A stretch of 64,000 bases of DNA from assembly GCA_012295275.1 (NCBI GenBank), contig CM022675.1, forward strand, positions 8,866,001 to 8,930,000, written 5' to 3'. How positions within the stretch are numbered: the stretch's first letter is position 1; the number at the start of each line of letters is the position of its first letter. The position numbers were made by a program, and so were the translations under genes. Below, piece after piece: positions 35,509 to 48,495 of this stretch. The notes beneath the pieces are model-generated. The model worked only from the letters and a program-made list of their open reading frames with translations. It made no database searches and had not been told where the DNA came from. This stretch comes from Chrysomallon squamiferum (lineage: Eukaryota > Animalia > Mollusca).

Positions 35509-37956
35509 GTTATTTATTTAAAAAACCCTGACTTCCTAAGCCCGCCCGCCCACTCCCATTTTTTTCAGTTTTATATTTAGAACTTGTCTCAGCGTTAAAC
35601 TGGCCAGTGTGCGAAGAACTGTGACTGTCCGTTTTCCTTCCCGTGTTCACTGACCTGTGACCAGTTTTCAGTCATAGCTTGTTGTAAACCTGTTCTACTG
35701 ATCTACTGTTACATGTCTGACAAGGCCACAGAGGTTGTTCTTTTACTGTAATCTTTAACATCAGACCCAGAAGAATGTTCGACATTTGGTCTTATTGTGT
35801 AGTTTGACCTCTTGAAAAAAAACAACAACATAAATTTCAACGAAAAAAAGAAATTGATCTTAAGTGTAACTGATATAACAAAGAAAAATAATATCGAAAA
35901 TTTAAATTTTTTTTTTTTTAAATAAAGATTTTTTTATTTTTTATTTTAATTTTAATTTTATTTTAAACAACATGTGAAATATTTGATTTGTCATTATTTG
36001 CAGGAGTTAATTAATTGACCATGAAATGTTTTTAAAAAAACAATCCAAAATGATGATAATAATATAAAACTTACCATTAACAAAAATCAAGAAAAGAAGA
36101 AAAACCGACAACTAAGCTATTTATAAAGCTTTTGTTCATTATACACAATTGATTAAATCTATATTGAAATGGTAATTCTTTACTCGCAAAATATAGATTT
36201 TGTATTCATATATATTTCAAACATGTCTGGATTTAAAAAAATAAAATAATAAACAATAAAACATTTAAAATTTATTTTAACACAAAACAGTTATCAGGTG
36301 TGAACATTTTTTTATTATTTTTTTTTTATTCTTTATTTTATTTTATTTTTTTACATTTTGTTTACTTAATTTTATGTGTCTGTGACTGTAATAATGATAT
36401 AAAATAAATAACTAGCTATCCCTTCTACATGGGTTACTCTTTTCAATTAGCAGAAAGGAATATTTTATGTGAACTTGGCCATAAACTGGAAAAAAAAACA
36501 TGACACAGACTCTTAATAAACCTGTCATGATACACAAAGAAAACTACCACCCTTTGAGGGGGGGTCACAGGAATAGATGATAAAACTGACCAGACCTCAG
36601 GCAATTTGCATAATGCTATTCTGCTGTTCCAGTTACTCATGGTAATAATTTGGATTACTGACTTTTGTATATGAAAAAGATTTAAATAAAAAACAAACAA
36701 CAAAACTAATGAAAAAAAAAAAAAAAAGAAACCCATCAAAATGAATAAATGTGTATCGTTTGATTTGTGTGATTATATTATTATGAGAAATACTATGTCA
36801 GTTTTCAAAAGTCATAAAACTGATGTCAGACCATCTTGTAAATTGACTGATAATGTTTTATTGAATTTTATGAAGGTGGCCATTTTAAGTTTTGTTCTTT
36901 AACTTTGCAAAAGGGGCAAATGTTTTTCTAATACTTAAAATGTTGGTGTCAGAAACAGATTTACAATTGCGTTCTGATATGTTAATATTATCATTAACCA
37001 GTATGTTTTTTAAATTTCTTTTTTTTTTTTTTTTTATTTAATTACAATATTTTATATTTTCTTCTATACCCCAGACATTTTTCTCAAGTAACCTTTTCGA
37101 AAAAAAACCCACCAAAATCCAAAAAGAAACAAAATTATTAAAAAAAAAAGAAAAAAAAATAGATGAAGAAATTACTTTTTTTATTGTCAATTCCATTCAG
37201 TTATTTTCAGAAGCATATTTATATTTAAGATGATTATCCAGAATCTTTTCAATTCTGTCTCATCCTTTTAAAGTAATAAACCGTTATCATTAGATGTAAA
37301 AGAACTGAAAAAAAAATCAAAGAAAATGGCTGCCAAGTTGGTCTGTTGGTATTTAAAAAAAAAAAAAAAAAAAAAAAAAATTACAAAGAAAAAAAAACAA
37401 TATGTTTTTTATGTCCACATTATAATTAATATATGCAACATCTGCAGTTTGTTTGTGTGTACAGTAAGATTATATTTACCTTGTTTTATACATTTTAATA
37501 TTACAATACAATAGAAAGATTATATGTAGAATATTTAAAAAAGAGAGATATATTATTTGCATTCATGCACACACACAAGCACTCACACATGCTCACACTT
37601 ACGTATACCCATACATATGAACATGTATAAACACTTAAAAATAGTCACACATTTTATTAATTTTTTTAATTTTTATGTTTTTAAAATGGTATTTGGTGTT
37701 GATGATAGAAGAGCAGAGAGGGGTGTTAACAGTAAAATCTATTTTTGTATTGTAATACGTTTTTATTTCATCTAACCATCAGTACATTAATCCATCTGTC
37801 TATGCATTAGACCATCCAATAATCAACCAGACACTTCATTCATCCATTCATACATCTCTGCATCCAGACATTCATTCATTCATCCATCCAACCATCCAAT
37901 TAATCTTACGTTCATCCATTTAATTATCTGTCTATCCATATAATTATGTGTGTACA

Positions 37957-37991
<35 letters not shown>

Positions 37992-38489
37992 CAGATAGCT
38001 GATAGGTAAATTAGCTTTCTACCTTTGTCACCTATTAGCTAGAACGTATCATTAATTATTTAACTGATAATTAGCCAGGCAGTATAATCTTGTAGTCACA
38101 ACATTCAGTTATCTGTGTGACAGTGTCAAGATTATGTGTCTTTTGTCTTCTTCTAAATATCATGGATATGTATATATATAAATAAATATACACAGATAAG
38201 TACATACATACATGCATATACACATACACATACATGTAATATTAATATATGTTCAAACAGGAAGCAGAAAATCTTTAAAAAAGGATATAGATATATTTTT
38301 AACATCTTATAAATACACATAAATAGATGAAAACTAGATAAAAATAAACATGACTAATCTACACATAGTGATATATAAAAACGGTTACATAAAAAACCCT
38401 GAATTGACAAAAATAAACAATAGCATTAGTAATGCAAGGTAAACATAACCTTGAATTACAAACACAATACTATTGCTATCTCTGTTTAC

Positions 38490-38915
38490 ATACATACAAA
38501 TATAAACAAATATGTGACAGTAACTTTCTGTCATTATATATACAGATACAAACAAAAGCTTAACTGTTATTTTCTGTTATTATATATACAGATACAAACA
38601 AAAACATAACCATTACTTTCTTTCATTATATATACACATATAAACAAAAACGTAACTGTTACTTTCTGTCATTTTATATACAGATATAAACAAAAACATA
38701 ACTGTTACTTTCTGTTATTACATATACAGATATAAACAAAAACGTGACCATTACTTTCTTTTATTATATATACAGATATAAACAAAAACGTAACTGTTAC
38801 TTTCTGTCATTATATATACAGATATAAACAAAAACCTAACTGTTACTTTCTGTTATTATATATACAGATACAAACAAAAACGTGACCATTACTTTCCATC
38901 ATTATATACACAGAT
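38490..38915. repeat. 46-bp minisatellite, ~9 copies
   Basis: Unit TATATATACAGATATAAACAAAAACGTAACTGTTACTTTCTGTCAT (starts at 38581, 38627...). Confidence 0.9.
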
Positions 38916-41309
38916 TATAAAGAGTGTATAAACAAAAAAATAAACAGCCAGGCACTGGCTCTGTCAACTGATATCTTTAGATGTTTGGCTAATAAGCCGC
39001 AGTGAAGCTGCAGGTTAGTATAGAAACAAAACGAAATGAAGCAGTCCAGATTAGTTAAGCCTGGCCGCATGCATCTGTGTAATGCAACACGAGATTAGCC
39101 GCAGCAAATGACATCTATTGTTGTGTGAAGAATGCAGAATAATAAATATCTTCTAGATGTGACTGAATAGATGAAGTTTGGTCTTCTGTCACTGGCTGTA
39201 TTCTTCACTGTTAGGTGTGGATGATAACCTGATACACACAAACATATATATATATATATAAATGTGTGTATATATATTTATATATATATAAATGTGTATA
39301 TTTATATATATAAACGTGTATATATATATATATAAATGTGTGTATATATATATATATATATAAAAATGTGTATAAAAATATATACAGATACATTTATATA
39401 CATATACATACATAAACACTCAAATACATTACTATAATGTGATATTAATACATTTTAAAAATTGTTTTCTTTTATTTTTTAATATTAACATTTATAATAT
39501 GTATACGTTTATTTACATAAAAAGCAACAAAAACCCACAACAATAAAAGAACAAAGACTAAAATGACTAAATCCTTTTAACAATAATTTCAACTAATTTC
39601 AAATCAAATAGATTTTTTTCTGTGTTTTATCTCCATTACACTGACCAGCTTCTTCTCCATAATCACCCAGCAGTGACTAACAGTGAAACAGCCATCTTGT
39701 AGAAAACTGCGTTAATGATGTAGTTGTAGTCAGTGAGGCAGAGTATGGCAAATATCTGTTGATATTAGACGCGATGATATCGAGAGAATTGTACATTAGT
39801 GATACCTGCTTTTGCGGAATCTATTGATTTCGAAACCAAGGTAACAGCGATCACTTGTGTGGCTTAGTCGGATTTGTGAATTTATTACTGTTAATGAATC
39901 TATGTTGAACAAAGATGTAACACTGTGTGTGTCAGTGCTGCACTGTACCTGGATTTGTGACAGATTTATAAATATTTTTTTTTAAAAAAAAATTTTTTAA
40001 TTATATATTCCTGTGGAAGGGGACGGTTTTAATCCAAAACCTAGGTTGATGTAAATTTGTTAGGAGTTACGATTTTTACCAAGTCTTTGTATTTTAGAAA
40101 CGAAATTTTGAACCTAAGTTGATTTCAGTAGTCTACTTAATAACTGGATTTTTAAAATTAAAAAAAAATGTATATATAATTATTTATTTTTATTTAGGGG
40201 TGGGGGTCATGATTTTCAGAAATATATTTTAAGATTATAAAAGCATTTTAATAGTAACCATTATGAATGTATATCTAAATTTTATTTTTGCTTTTCTTAT
40301 TTTTATTTTCTGTGACTTTCCATCTTTCTCATTTTCTCTCCCTCTCCTTCTCTCCCCTTCTCCTCTTTCTCTACCTCCCTCCCCCTTCCCCTCTCTCTCT
40401 ACCTCCCTCCCCTTCCCCCCTCTGTCTCTACCTCCCTGCTCTCTTGCTCTCTCACTTTCTCCATCACTACACTGGTATGATTTGATTTGATGTAGTCCAG
40501 AAATTACTCCTAATAACATTGGTGCACATTTTCCATTATAAATAAAACTGAAATAATATGGCTGAATAGTTTCTTTTTTTTTCTTCTTTTTCGAGAGCCT
40601 GTCATATTTTTAAATAACTATTAACTAAAACAGCAATAAAAAAAAAAAAAAGAAAGAAGTATTAGATTTATTTCAAGTTAAATTGTTTGTTATTTCATAC
40701 ACATGCAGACATACATACATACATACATACATACACATAGACATACTCCTAACACACAATCAGACATAGATGCATCAAGGCACTGAGGTGTATGTTTGAA
40801 ATGACAAATATGTGTGTGAAAATGAATGAATAAATATTTGATTAATGACATCTGTAGCATGAATTAATGTTAATGTTATTAGCTGTAAAACAATCATTCA
40901 TAGAAACACATGTTCAAATATGTACACATAAATACATACAAACATACATAAATACACATATTTATACACACACATATTCACACACACACACACATACATA
41001 CATACATACATACATACACACATACATACACACATACACACATACATACATACATTCATACATTTATACATATATACGTACATTTATACATATATATATA
41101 TTTAGATAAATATTCAGAAGAGCATTACAGTGGTAGATACAAATACAGTAAGATATGTAAGATTATAGGACAAATAAATAAACATTATACAAATTATGCA
41201 ATACATGTGTACATACATCTACAATCACAAAACACACACATCTTTTCATAACACATATATACACACAAACACACATACATATATACCACACGCACACACA
41301 ATACACATC

Positions 41310-41503
41310 TACATATCTAACAAGCTTGTCACACATTTATTATCTGTACTCGACATTTTATACAGATATAACACACACACAAACACACACACAAACACAC
41401 ACACACACACACACAATACACAATACACAACATCTACTACACATCTAACAAGCTTGTCACATTTATTATCTGTATTCCACATTTTATACAGATATAACAC
41501 ACA

Positions 41504-41548
<45 letters not shown>

Positions 41549-41620
41549 CACACAACATCTACTACACATCTAACAAGCTTGTCACGCATTTATTATCTGT
41601 ACTCTACATTTTATACAGAT

Positions 41621-41675
<55 letters not shown>

Positions 41676-41745
41676 CACAACACACAACATCTACTACACA
41701 TCTAACAAGCTTGTCACGCATTTGTTATCTGTACTCCACATTTTC
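41310..41745. repeat. ~125-bp tandem repeat with internal (CA)n, 4 copies
   Basis: TCTAACAAGCTTGTCAC...TTATCTGTA recurring at ~41315, 41443, 41568 and 41700. Confidence 0.9.
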
Positions 41746-42558
41746 CTGAGCCCCAGGCTTCCCAGGACTCGGATTCAAAAATTCCACGAATATAAACCAG
41801 GAAATGTAGTTTTAATTCAGCCAAGCTAAAGATGATTATTAAAAATAGCTTAAGATTTGTCATGATGCAGAAGACTCCTATCTTCTTTGTAAGGCAACAA
41901 AAAAGATTATTTATCTATTCTCATTTTTTTTTGGTTTTTTTAAGATTTATTTTTAATCTCTTACATAGAATACATTTATTTTTATTATTATTTATTTATT
42001 TTTCTGTTGTTGTCGTTCGTGTATGTTTTACATTTTATAATAAATGAAATTTCTACCGCAGGAAGTGGATCATGTTAAAAAAAAAAAAAAAAAAAAAGTT
42101 AATAAAGATAGCTGAAAATTAAGTAAATTGTGGAAAACAGACAAAGTGAATTTTGAACCCCCAACACAGTTCACAAAATATATAAATAGTTTTCTTCATA
42201 TTTCCGTTTTCCTATGCCAGGTTCATGTAGTTTATGTTAATTATTAAAAATAGCCCATTTTCCTATTTAAAAACTATTTTCTATTTATTTATTTTTAATT
42301 TAATTTTAAGAAATTGAAAAGAAGTCTTAGAAGTAAAAAAAATCTTTTATTTTATTTTTTAAACAACACACACATACACACTTTCATAAGCAGAACAAAA
42401 AACATACATACCTACATACATAAACCACTTGCATTTGTTCACAAACACACACACACACACACACTGCATACAAAACAATCTTTTTAACCCATCTTTATTA
42501 TTATTATTTTCAATTTTTAAATGTACAAACAACAACCTTCCTCCTAATAAAGCTTGTT

Positions 42559-42601
<43 letters not shown>

Positions 42602-43098
42602 AAAATAATTTTTTAAAAAAACCAGGTAGCCCCGTAGATAGTGCATTAAAATGACTCACTGCCAGACACACTCGCATCGCTCTGAGAGCTTGAACCTCAT
42701 TCCTGCTCGAAGAAGTGATGTTCAATTTTTATTATACTAATGTCTTTGCACTGTGCAGCACGGTTTTTGTGAATGTTCTTCAAAATCTCACTCTTGAAGA
42801 GCTGCCAGCCATGCACATCAGGTCTGAAGAGGGGAAACTGCAAAGCAAGCCAAGAGGATCATTATCCACACGAGGGTGTTTCGGTATCTGACCCCCCCTC
42901 CTCCCCCCTCTCCCCGTTTCTAACACCAACATGTTTCGAAAAAAAGAAAAAAAAAACAGAACTGTACCGACGAAAAATATTTGGAAAATGTTTGTTGCTT
43001 AATTAATGAGTTGTGAACATGCTGTGAGATTTCAGTTTTTTTTTTGTTTTAAAGATGGTTTCAGTTATAGGTTAATTTTTTATATATATATATATATA

Positions 43099-43129
<31 letters not shown>

Positions 43130-43134
<5 letters not shown>

Positions 43135-43990
43135 GCTTGTCTGAAAATATGGATTGGTTTTATTTTTCGTAACGTTTTGCTTCTGTCTTTAATTAGTGTT
43201 GTTTTTAATATTTGTTTATTTAATAATGAATAGTAAGTAAATGTTAAGAGATAATGTTTTAGTTGTAGCTTCATTTGTTCATTTTTTTATTTTTTTTTTA
43301 TAATTTATGATGTCGGAAAATATAGATTTTTTTTTTTATATTGTGTCTTTAATTAGTAGTGTTTTTTGTTGTTGTTTATTTGATAACAGGAAGTGAACAT
43401 CAAGTGATAATGTTTTAAGATGGTGTTTGTTGTAGCTGTTTTTTTTTTTGATTTGCAGTGTGAAAATATAGATTGTTTTTTTTATATTTATAAAGTTTAT
43501 TTCTATCTTTAATTAGTAGTTTTTTTGTTTATTTAATGGGATGTGAAAGTAACATAAACAAGTTCTTATTTAATATGGTTTGAGTTGCTTAATTTTTTTT
43601 AAATTCATGATCATCTGTTTAAAAATACAGACTGTTTCTATATTCATCAGTTTTATTACCCTGTTTAATTTGTAATGTTTTTATTTATTTTTTAAACTTT
43701 CAGAGTGTGAACAGTTAGAAAAAAAATGTTCAGATTATTTTCGTTGTTGTTTTGATTTTATTTATAAAGAATATATTGTTTTTTATGTTTTCAAAGTTTG
43801 CTATTTCTGTCTTTAATTAGTAATGTTTTTATTTATTTGTTTATTTATTGAGAAGCACAAAAAAAGTTTTGTTTTAAGACATTTTATATTCAACTTTGTT
43901 CTTATTTATGATTGGCTTTATAAAGAAATGAGATTGTTTTTATAAACAAAACATTTATTTTCACCTTTAATAAATAGTGTGTTTGTTTGT
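43130..43990. repeat. Degenerate ~150-bp tandem repeat
   Basis: Recurring AAAATATAGATT and TCTTTAATTAGT motifs, ~6 copies. Confidence 0.65.
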
Positions 43991-44493
43991 TGATTTTTGA
44001 AAAAAAAAAAATTATTTATTGAGACCTCAGTATTCCAGCCAGAAGTTTTATTTTAAGTCTTGTGAAAAGAAGATAGTTGTTTTTTTTTCTGTTTTTTTTT
44101 ACACATTTAATCATTTAATTCAGGTATAATTTTATTTCTTGGTTGGTTAATAAATTGACTGAAGAATGATGATACAATTTCCAGCTACATTCAATTAATT
44201 ATTCACATATTCTTTCATTTACTCCTTAATTCTCTTACTCGTTTATATATTGTAAACATAATTTTAAATAAACTTTTGAGATGATGTCCGTAAATTGCAT
44301 TTTCAATTATTCTTTTATATAATTGACTTTTATACTTTGTCTTTATTTAGTTTTCTTCTTTCACTCATTTGTTTTCACATCAACTTGTTAATTCTGTCCT
44401 TACCTCTCTCTCTCTCTCTCTTTCTCTCTTTCTCTCTCTTTCATTCTGTTTTTCTCTCTCTCATACAGACACACCCCTCTTTCATTCTGTTTC

Positions 44494-44544
<51 letters not shown>

Positions 44545-45325
44545 CTCACACACACACACTTTCATTCTGTTTTTCTCTCTCTCATACAGACACACCCCTC
44601 TTTCATTCTGTTTCTGTTTCTCTCTCTTTTTTTCTCTCTCTCTTTGCTTTCTGTCTTTCTGTTTCTCTCATATTCACGTATTATTACGTAGTTATTTCAG
44701 TTTAGACAATTAAATCAGCTTTTATTATATTCCCAGATAAAATCAACAGTAGCTGTTTATGCTTCGCTTTATAACAAATTACTGAAATGTCAGATACACT
44801 ACACCCCAGAATAGGCTTAGATTCAGCTGAAATCAAGTTAATTACGCTTAGTTTGTGAAATAAAATCATATCACACAATGAGATACGTTTTGTACTTAAC
44901 AAATTCTAAAAGCCGAATGGCTATTATTTTACATAATGGAGTAGTTTGGATTTATCCAAGATGATGTGATTTCTTTGTGAAATGCACTCGTGTTATATAC
45001 CATTTATAGCTGCTTAGTTTAAAAACATTTAGTATAAATGATCAGTTTGTCTGGTTCAGCTGATACACAGAATCGGTTTTAAATACAAGAATATCAGATA
45101 TTTTGACTTTACTGGAACAGTTTAAATTTAGTTAATGTTATCCTGAAAAAAAATTATTTCAATACTGGAGTGGTTAAAATTTAATTAACATGGTTTTTGA
45201 GAAATAGGGGAAAAATAAAAAAATAAATTACAAATAGTAACTGTGATTGTTGTAGTAGTAGTAGTAGCAGCAGCAGTAATAGTAGTAGTAGTAGTAGTAG
45301 TAGTAGAAGTAGTAGTAGTTTCAGT

Positions 45326-45357
<32 letters not shown>

Positions 45358-45525
45358 TAGTAGTAGTAATAGTAGTAGTAGTGATAACAACAATAATAAT
45401 AATTCAACAACTGATAATATAGACACATACCTGCACATAAATAAACACTTAAAAGATGTTAAATTTAAAAAATGATCTGGACAATTGTAATCAATTAATT
45501 GTATACTTATATGTATACATGTATC

Positions 45526-45571
<46 letters not shown>

Positions 45572-45785
45572 TGTGTTTGTGGCTAGGTTTATTCTGAGTT
45601 TACTCAAAGTGACAGCTAGGTAAAGATTCTGAGAGAGACCCTGTCACTTTTTGAGTTATGTATGACTCAACCACTTGTTTTTCCAAAAGTTACCTTGATC
45701 TTTTTTTTTTTTTTTTTTTTACTTTCTTTTTAACATGTATGTGTATGTTTTTGTGATTGGGTGAGGGGCTATATACATCTGATTG

Positions 45786-45817
<32 letters not shown>

Positions 45818-46209
45818 AAAAGAGAGAATTTTCAAGTAATTATTTACTTTCATGTTTATTTAAATGTTCGATAGGGGACAGTATGGCCTTGTTGATACAG
45901 CTCCTTCTGTTATCAATATTTTGTGAAATTTTTATTTCTTTTCTTTTTAAAAACAAGCTGGTATTACTTAAAACAAATATTGGAATATTTGCCAAAATAA
46001 TAAACATTGGTACTTAAAATGCTGTAACTGACATTCGTTTTTTTTTTTTTTTAAAAAAAAAAAACAATAAATTTAAGTAAAACATGAGCTTTGTATTAAT
46101 AAACTTGAAGTAATCACAAACGTGAAGAGAATCACAAGAGAAATTGTAGATTTATGTTTAAAACAAATTTCCATATGTTAAACACATTTAGCTACAACCA
46201 TCAGTAAGT

Positions 46210-46246
<37 letters not shown>

Positions 46247-47679
46247 GTATCAAAATAAACTCCAGATTCCATTTCTCTGTTTAATCATAATACTGCAACT
46301 AAATTTTAACACACACACACACACACACACAATATATTTATAAGCTTAATCACATCTTCAGTACAATTATCCAATTTATACAGTCAGTTTCCTCAACTTC
46401 ATTATTCTAGTGTTGAAAATTGCCAGGCAGCATGCATCTGAAATCTATTCAATATGTATCGAACCAAAAAAGGAAAAGCAGGATGAGAGAAAGATTAGAA
46501 AAAAAAAAAAAAAAAAATAATAATTTATCATACGATTTATGCAGGCTCGAACATTTTGAGAGACCACATGACCAGAAGAGCAGAAACGAGACGAGTTTTG
46601 AGTCTCGAATTAAATGACATTACATAAGACGACAGAGCAAATCTCGAGTGAGCTTGCAAAAACCTCGGTATTGATTGGGCGACGGTTCATGATTTCTTCC
46701 CCCCCCCGCTCCTTTTTTCGCAAAGACCATTTTCTTTCACGACTATAATCATTTGCGTTTGGCTGGTATATTTTTCTCTGTGAAAACCATTTCAATTAGG
46801 GCCACCGATATTTTCCCCCCATCAAGTTCATCTTAGCCAGGAAGCAGCAACGCTTGTACGAATGCCAGGCGTCATTCTTCAGATGAATTTATTATTAAGT
46901 AAATGTTGAAAGAGTCTGAGAGAGAGGGAGAGAGAGATGAATCTTTAGTTAGATTCACAGAGCTTAACCCCGTTTGTTGTCGTTTTTAATACTTTTTTTC
47001 AGTGGTTGGGGATTAATATGTTTGTTTTGATTTAATTAAACCATTCCCGTGTTATTGTTGTTATTATTATTATTGTTATTATTGTTATTATTATTATTGT
47101 TATTATTATTATTATTTTATTTTCATTTATTTATTGTTTTTCAGTGGTGTGAAATGAATTGTGTGAGATAAAGATTAATTATTATTGTTACCCAAAACAT
47201 ATTTTCAGTTTCCTTCTTTCTTTTTCTTTTTGTCTGTTTGTCTTTCTGTCTCTCCTCTTTCTCTTTTTCTCTTTCGTTCTTCTTCAAAAGAGCTATACAT
47301 AAATATCTTAACAATATGTTTGTACAATTGTTATTTAATTTTCTTTTTATATGTAGCACAAGAGTTAAGAAAATAAATAAATAAACAAACTAAAAACAAA
47401 TATGTGGAAAATGAATATTAATATTTATGAAACAATGTTTCTCTTAAAATTGTTTATGTAAATATGTCACTCCACATAATTTTTTTCTTTATTTATTTCA
47501 AAAAAAAAAAAAGAAAAAAAAAGAAGAAAAATAGATAGAAATGTAAGGAAAGAAAACTAAAACAAACAACTGGAAAATAACTATACAATATGTTTATTAA
47601 ACAAAAATCTTTTGTTTTTATTGAAATATAAAAAAACAATTTCCAGATGGTAACAAAACATTTTTCAGGTTTTTTTAAG

Positions 47680-48125
47680 AAAATCACATTTAATAACATA
47701 ACTGAGAAAATTGTTAGAGAAAATCACATAAATATTCACATTTTATAATATAACTGAGAAAATGGTTATGGAAAGTAACATAAATATTCACATTTAATAA
47801 TATAACTGAGAAAATGGTTATGGAAAGTAACATAAATATTCACATCTAATAATATAACTGAGAAAATGGTTATGGAAAGTAACAAATATTCACATTTATT
47901 AATATAACTGAGAAAATGGTTATGGAAAGTAACAAATATTCACATTTATTAATATAACTGAGAAAAAGGTTATGGAAAGTAACATAAATATTCACATTTA
48001 ATAATATAACTGAGAAAATGGTTATGGAAAATCACTTGTATATTCACATTTAATAACATAACTGAGAAAACTGTTATCGAAAATCAGATAACTATTCACA
48101 TTTAATAACATAACTGAGACAACGG
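47680..48125. repeat. 52-bp minisatellite, ~9 copies
   Basis: Unit AACTGAGAAAATGGTTATGGAAAGTAACATAAATATTCACATTTAATAATAT (47752, 47804...). Confidence 0.92.
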
Positions 48126-48234
48126 TTAAGGATTGGTGAATCTGTTATCTAGGAAATATCAGGCCACAGGATCACGCCTTCTCAATGACTCAGTGTTGTT
48201 ATATTTGTTTAGTGCTAGCTTAGCAATTGACTTT

Positions 48235-48495
48235 TCCTATTAGTCTCTATGTAGTAAGTCGTCAGTCTACAGTAAGTCTATACTAAGTGAGTCTGTTGTA
48301 AGTCTATACTAAGTTAGTCGATAGTAAGTTAATCTATATCTAGTCAGTGTAAATAAGTTAGCCTATAATATGTTTGTCTACAGAAAGTAAATATGATAAG
48401 TAACACTATAGTAAGTAAAACTACAGTTAGTCTAGACTGGTCTGTAGTAAGTCAGTCTACAGTAAGTTAGTCTACAGAAATGTAGTCTACAGTAA
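48235..48495. repeat. Degenerate ~15-bp minisatellite (AGTAAGTCAGTCTAC)
   Basis: Repeated AGTAAGT/AGTCTA motifs. Confidence 0.7.

Noticed and set aside
38490-48125. Regular minisatellites as CRISPR-like arrays
   Set aside because: Head-to-tail units without unique spacers, eukaryotic intron context, no cas genes
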